64,000 nucleotides of DNA, taken from assembly GCA_963823555.1 (NCBI GenBank), contig CAWGMA010000002.1, forward strand, positions 64,001 through 128,000, read 5' to 3'. Below the pieces are notes generated by a model. The model saw only the letters and a list, made by a program, of their open reading frames with translations, searched no databases and was not told the DNA's origin. This stretch comes from Candidatus Eiseniibacteriota bacterium (lineage in GTDB: Bacteria; Eisenbacteria; RBG-16-71-46; CAVPCR01). Made by a program: the position numbers and the translations under genes. Positions 59,086 through 64,000 of this stretch are shown one piece after another (the first letter of the stretch is position 1; each line of letters opens with the position of its first letter).

Positions 59086-59213
59086 GCAGGTAGAGGCGGC
59101 GTGCGCGGGAAGATCCCGCGCCTGACCGCTGGAAGAGGATCCGACCCCTGCGGGCTCCGGAAGGGGTCCGATACCCCGAACCAAGACGAAGACGGGGAAA
59201 GGAGATTCAGGAC

Positions 59214-60858
<1,645 letters not shown>

Positions 60859-60900
60859 AAAGCGACCGCGACCGCGTGCGGATCGCGTCTCAGGCGGAAA

Positions 60901-60940
60901 AGAAAGGCCGGGTCCGGTGACGGACCCGGCCTTCTCTGTT
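60901..60940. terminator. Terminator hairpin after groEL, probably bidirectional
   Basis: 13-bp stem AAGGCCGGGTCCG-gtga-CGGACCCGGCCTT with A-rich and T-rich flanks. Confidence 0.75.
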
Positions 60941-60967
60941 GGGGGTGGTACGCCGGGGGGCGCGATG

Positions 60968-62032
60968 CTAGCCGGCCGCCGGAACGTGACCCCAGCCGAC
61001 GAGGTCGGCGGCGGTCTCGAGGATGGTCGCGGCCAGGGGGCGGAACGTGAGCCCCAGCTCACGGCGGATCTTCGTCGCGTCGAAGCGAGGCGTCCGGCCC
61101 ACGTGGGTGCGCAGGTAGCTCCCGAGGCCGGATGGCTTGGTATATGAGAGGAGCCGCACCAGCCAGTCCCCGACCGGCGAATCGAGGCTGAGCCGCGGCA
61201 GCGGGTACGGCGAGTAGCCGTTCTGGCGCAGGAGTTCTCCCAGCTCGCGCATGGTCATGGTGGCGTTGGCGCAGAGGTAGCGGCCGGATGCGGCGGGCGT
61301 TGCCATGGCCAGGATGTGCGCCTGGGCCACGTCTCGTACATCGACGAAGCCCCATGCGAAGCGCATGATCGCCGGATAGATCCCCTTGAGCTGGTCGGCG
61401 ATGATCCGGTTCGACACATTGAGACCGGGGGTGAGCGCGGGGCCGATGACGGCGAATGGATTGATGACGACGAGATCGAATCCCGGACGATCCTCCGTGA
61501 CGATGCGCCAGGCCTCCCTCTCGGCCTGTGTCTTCGAGTAGTAGTAGGGATTCCGGGTCAAGGACGACTTCTCGTTCCAGTCGGCCTCGGTCAGCACATG
61601 GTCGTTCTCGGGCTCATCGGTCATGGCGGCCATGGATGACGTCAAGACCACGCGCTTCACGCTTCCGGCCCGGGTGCAGGCCAGAAGCACGTTCCGAGTC
61701 CCCTCGACCGCCGGAGCGACGAGATCCCGTGCCGGGTCGCGTACATCGAGCAGGTAGGGGCTGGCGGTGTGGATGACGAACTCGGCGCCGGCGACTGCGG
61801 CATCGAACGCCCCGGCGTCCAGGAGGTTGGCGGCGACGAGCTCGAGCCGTTCCCCGGCCCCGGGGAACGCGCGCAGCGGCGCGAGCGCAGAGGCGCGGTC
61901 GAGGCGGCGCACCGTTCCGCGGACCCGATAGCCCGCGGCGAGCAGGTCGCGCACGATGTGGGCGGCGATGAAGCCGGAGGCCCCGGTCACGCAGACCGGC
62001 TCGGCGGTGGCGAGTGACGCGACGCGATTCAT
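60968..62032 (-). CDS. Extended SDR, aldehyde reductase/dihydroflavonol-4-reductase-like
   Basis: VTGASGFIA, HTASP, TSSMAA, YYYSK, INP..VIGP, VDVRDVA.AH. Confidence 0.88.
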   Translation of the reverse strand: MNRVASLATAEPVCVTGASGFIAAHIVRDLLAAGYRVRGTVRRLDRASALAPLRAFPGAGERLELVAANLLDAGAFDAAVAGAEFVIHTASPYLLDVRDPARDLVAPAVEGTRNVLLACTRAGSVKRVVLTSSMAAMTDEPENDHVLTEADWNEKSSLTRNPYYYSKTQAEREAWRIVTEDRPGFDLVVINPFAVIGPALTPGLNVSNRIIADQLKGIYPAIMRFAWGFVDVRDVAQAHILAMATPAASGRYLCANATMTMRELGELLRQNGYSPYPLPRLSLDSPVGDWLVRLLSYTKPSGLGSYLRTHVGRTPRFDATKIRRELGLTFRPLAATILETAADLVGWGHVPAAG

Positions 62033-62140
62033 GACGCGCCATTGGAGCATCCCGCCGGCGCGACGACAACCCCGTTCCCCGCTGGTACGGGTAGGTTAGA
62101 ATCTCCACGTCCCCGCGCCAGCAAAGGAGGCGAGACCGCG

Positions 62141-63127
62141 ATGAGCCAGTGGTACTTCAGCTACGACGGCCAGCCCATCGGGCCACTCGATCAAGCGCGG
62201 GCGGCGGCCCAGGCGGCGGCCAGGCCCGATGGCCTCGTCTGGCGGGACGGCTTCGCCGAGTGGATGCCGATCGCCCAGGTCGCCGACCTCCGTGCGGCCT
62301 CGGTCCCGGGTGTGTTGCCGCCGTCGCTCTCCCTTCGAGTCGCCGACGACATCGACTTCACCATTCATGGGGCGGAGATGCAGTTCGTCGAGATCGAGCT
62401 CGATCCCGGCGAGAGCGCGATCGCCGAGGCCGGCGCCATGATGTACAAGGACATGAGCATCCAGCTCCAGACCATCTTCGGCGACGGCTCCCAGAATGGT
62501 GCCAGCTTTCTCGACCAGCTGGTGGGAGCGGGCAAGCGGGTCCTGACCGGCGAGAGCCTCTTCATCACCGTCTTCACCCATACCGGGGCCGGCAAGGCGC
62601 GGGTCGCCTTCGCCGCACCCTATCCCGGCACCATCATCCCGGTCACGCTCAAGAACCTGGGCGGCCGGCTCATCTGCCAGAAGGACAGCTTCCTCTGCGC
62701 CGCCAAGGGAGTGGCGATCGGCATCCACCTCCAGCGCCGGATCTTGACCGGACTGTTCGGCGGCGAGGGCTTCATCATGCAGAAGCTGGAGGGAGACGGG
62801 CTCGCCTTCTTGCATGCCGGGGGCATGGTGATCGAGCGCGAGCTCGGCCCCGGGGAGATGCTCCAGGTGGACACGGGCTGCCTGGTCGCCATCCAGGACA
62901 CGGTCGATCTCGACATCCAGCTGGTGGGAGGGATCAAGTCGATGATCTTCGGCGGCGAGGGTCTCTTCCTCGTCACCTTGCGCGGGCCCGGCAAGGTGTG
63001 GTTGCAGTCATTGCCCTTCTCCCGCCTCGCCGGTCGTATGCTGGCGGCCGCACCCGGGCGCGGGACACCGCGGGATGAGGGGTCGATCCTCGGTACTCTG
63101 GGCGACATCCTGCGCGGCGATCGCTGA
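62141..63127 (+). CDS. GYF_2(DUF4339) + AIM24 (TIGR00266) protein
   Basis: AAGGAGG RBS; WY...GP...LVWRDG..EW; AEAGAMMY, CQKDSFLC, FGGEGF, VDTGC. Confidence 0.88.
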   Translation: MSQWYFSYDGQPIGPLDQARAAAQAAARPDGLVWRDGFAEWMPIAQVADLRAASVPGVLPPSLSLRVADDIDFTIHGAEMQFVEIELDPGESAIAEAGAMMYKDMSIQLQTIFGDGSQNGASFLDQLVGAGKRVLTGESLFITVFTHTGAGKARVAFAAPYPGTIIPVTLKNLGGRLICQKDSFLCAAKGVAIGIHLQRRILTGLFGGEGFIMQKLEGDGLAFLHAGGMVIERELGPGEMLQVDTGCLVAIQDTVDLDIQLVGGIKSMIFGGEGLFLVTLRGPGKVWLQSLPFSRLAGRMLAAAPGRGTPRDEGSILGTLGDILRGDR

Positions 63128-63154
63128 CCGGGGCCGGATGATGTGGAGAAGACC

Positions 63155-64000
63155 ATGAAGCTCCTCGTTCTCGGCGGCACCATGTTTCTCGGGCGTCATT
63201 TCGTCACCGCCGCGCTCGCCCACGGCCATGAGCTCACGCTCTTCCACCGCGGCAAGACCAATCCCGATCTGTTTCCCGAGGTGGAGAAGCTCCACGGCGA
63301 TCGCAAGCAGAGCCTCGAGCCGCTCGCCGGACGTCGCTTCGATGCCGTCATCGATACGTGCGGCTACTTCCCGCGGGCCGTGCAGATGGTGGCCGATACT
63401 CTCGGGGATCGTGTCGGGCATTACACGTTCATCTCCTCGATCTCCGTCTACGCCGACATGCGGACCGTGGGCCAGGACGAGACGGCACCGCTCGCCCAGC
63501 TCGCGGATGAAACGACCGAGGAGATCACCGGGGAGACCTATGGCGGGCTCAAGGCGCTGTGCGAGGCGGCCGCCGCCGCTCGTTTTCCCGATCGAGCGCT
63601 CATCCTCCGTCCCGGGCTCATCACCGGCCCCAACGACCCCAGCGATCGCTTCACCTACTGGCCGGTGCGCATCGCGCGCGGTGGCGATGTGCTGGCGCCG
63701 CCCGCGGAAACGCTGGTGCAGCACATCGACGCCCGGGATCTGGCGGAATGGATGCTGGCCCTGATCGAGGCGCAGCAGACCGGTGTCTACAATGCGACGG
63801 GTCCCGAGCCGCCCCTCACCATGCGCGATGTGCTCGAGAACTGCCGTCAAGCGACCGGCAGCGATGCCCGGTTCATGTGGGCCAGCGAGGCCTTTCTCCT
63901 CCAGCACGAGGTTGCTCCCTTCAGCGAGCTTCCGCTGTGGGTCCCGGAGGAGGAGAGCGGCATGCTCGCCGTGAGCGTCGAACGCGCTGTGGCCGCCGGG
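63155..64000 (+). CDS. NAD-dependent epimerase/atypical SDR (3' truncated)
   Basis: GGAG RBS; MKLLVLGGTMFLGR, FISSISVY, YGGLK, RPGLI.GP. Confidence 0.88.
   Translation, partial: MKLLVLGGTMFLGRHFVTAALAHGHELTLFHRGKTNPDLFPEVEKLHGDRKQSLEPLAGRRFDAVIDTCGYFPRAVQMVADTLGDRVGHYTFISSISVYADMRTVGQDETAPLAQLADETTEEITGETYGGLKALCEAAAAARFPDRALILRPGLITGPNDPSDRFTYWPVRIARGGDVLAPPAETLVQHIDARDLAEWMLALIEAQQTGVYNATGPEPPLTMRDVLENCRQATGSDARFMWASEAFLLQHEVAPFSELPLWVPEEESGMLAVSVERAVAAG

Overview
A GC-rich bacterial chromosomal window with about 57 densely packed CDSs. No rRNA, tRNA, CRISPR array, transposase or prophage was recognised. Secreted proteins ending in an FlgD-Ig/T9SS-type-A-like C-terminal domain and others ending in a short 'VExxTWGxxK' tail suggest an FCB-associated uncultured lineage such as Ca. 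Eisenbacteria, Krumholzibacteriota or Latescibacterota (inference). Content: central metabolism (transketolase, PPi-type PFK, RpiB, Leu/Glu dehydrogenase, cysteine synthase), peptidases (M16, M14), MltF-like transglycosylase, an MlaE/F/D + PqiC-type lipid transporter, GT4, radical SAM, a sigma54 activator, Fpg-like glycosylase and groESL. Transketolase, cysteine synthase and groEL carry clustered single-base indels, probably assembly errors. Best leads: (1) three tandem secreted paralogs sharing a C-terminal P[VL][AP]VE[PA][AS]TWGx[IV]K tail, a candidate sorting signal; (2) a DedA/VTT-LolA fusion beside radical SAM, GT4 and Mla genes; (3) a protein colinear with animal biliverdin reductase A; (4) frequent leaderless genes; (5) a sigma54-type promoter with candidate activator sites upstream of groESL. 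All family calls come from motif recognition, not database searches.
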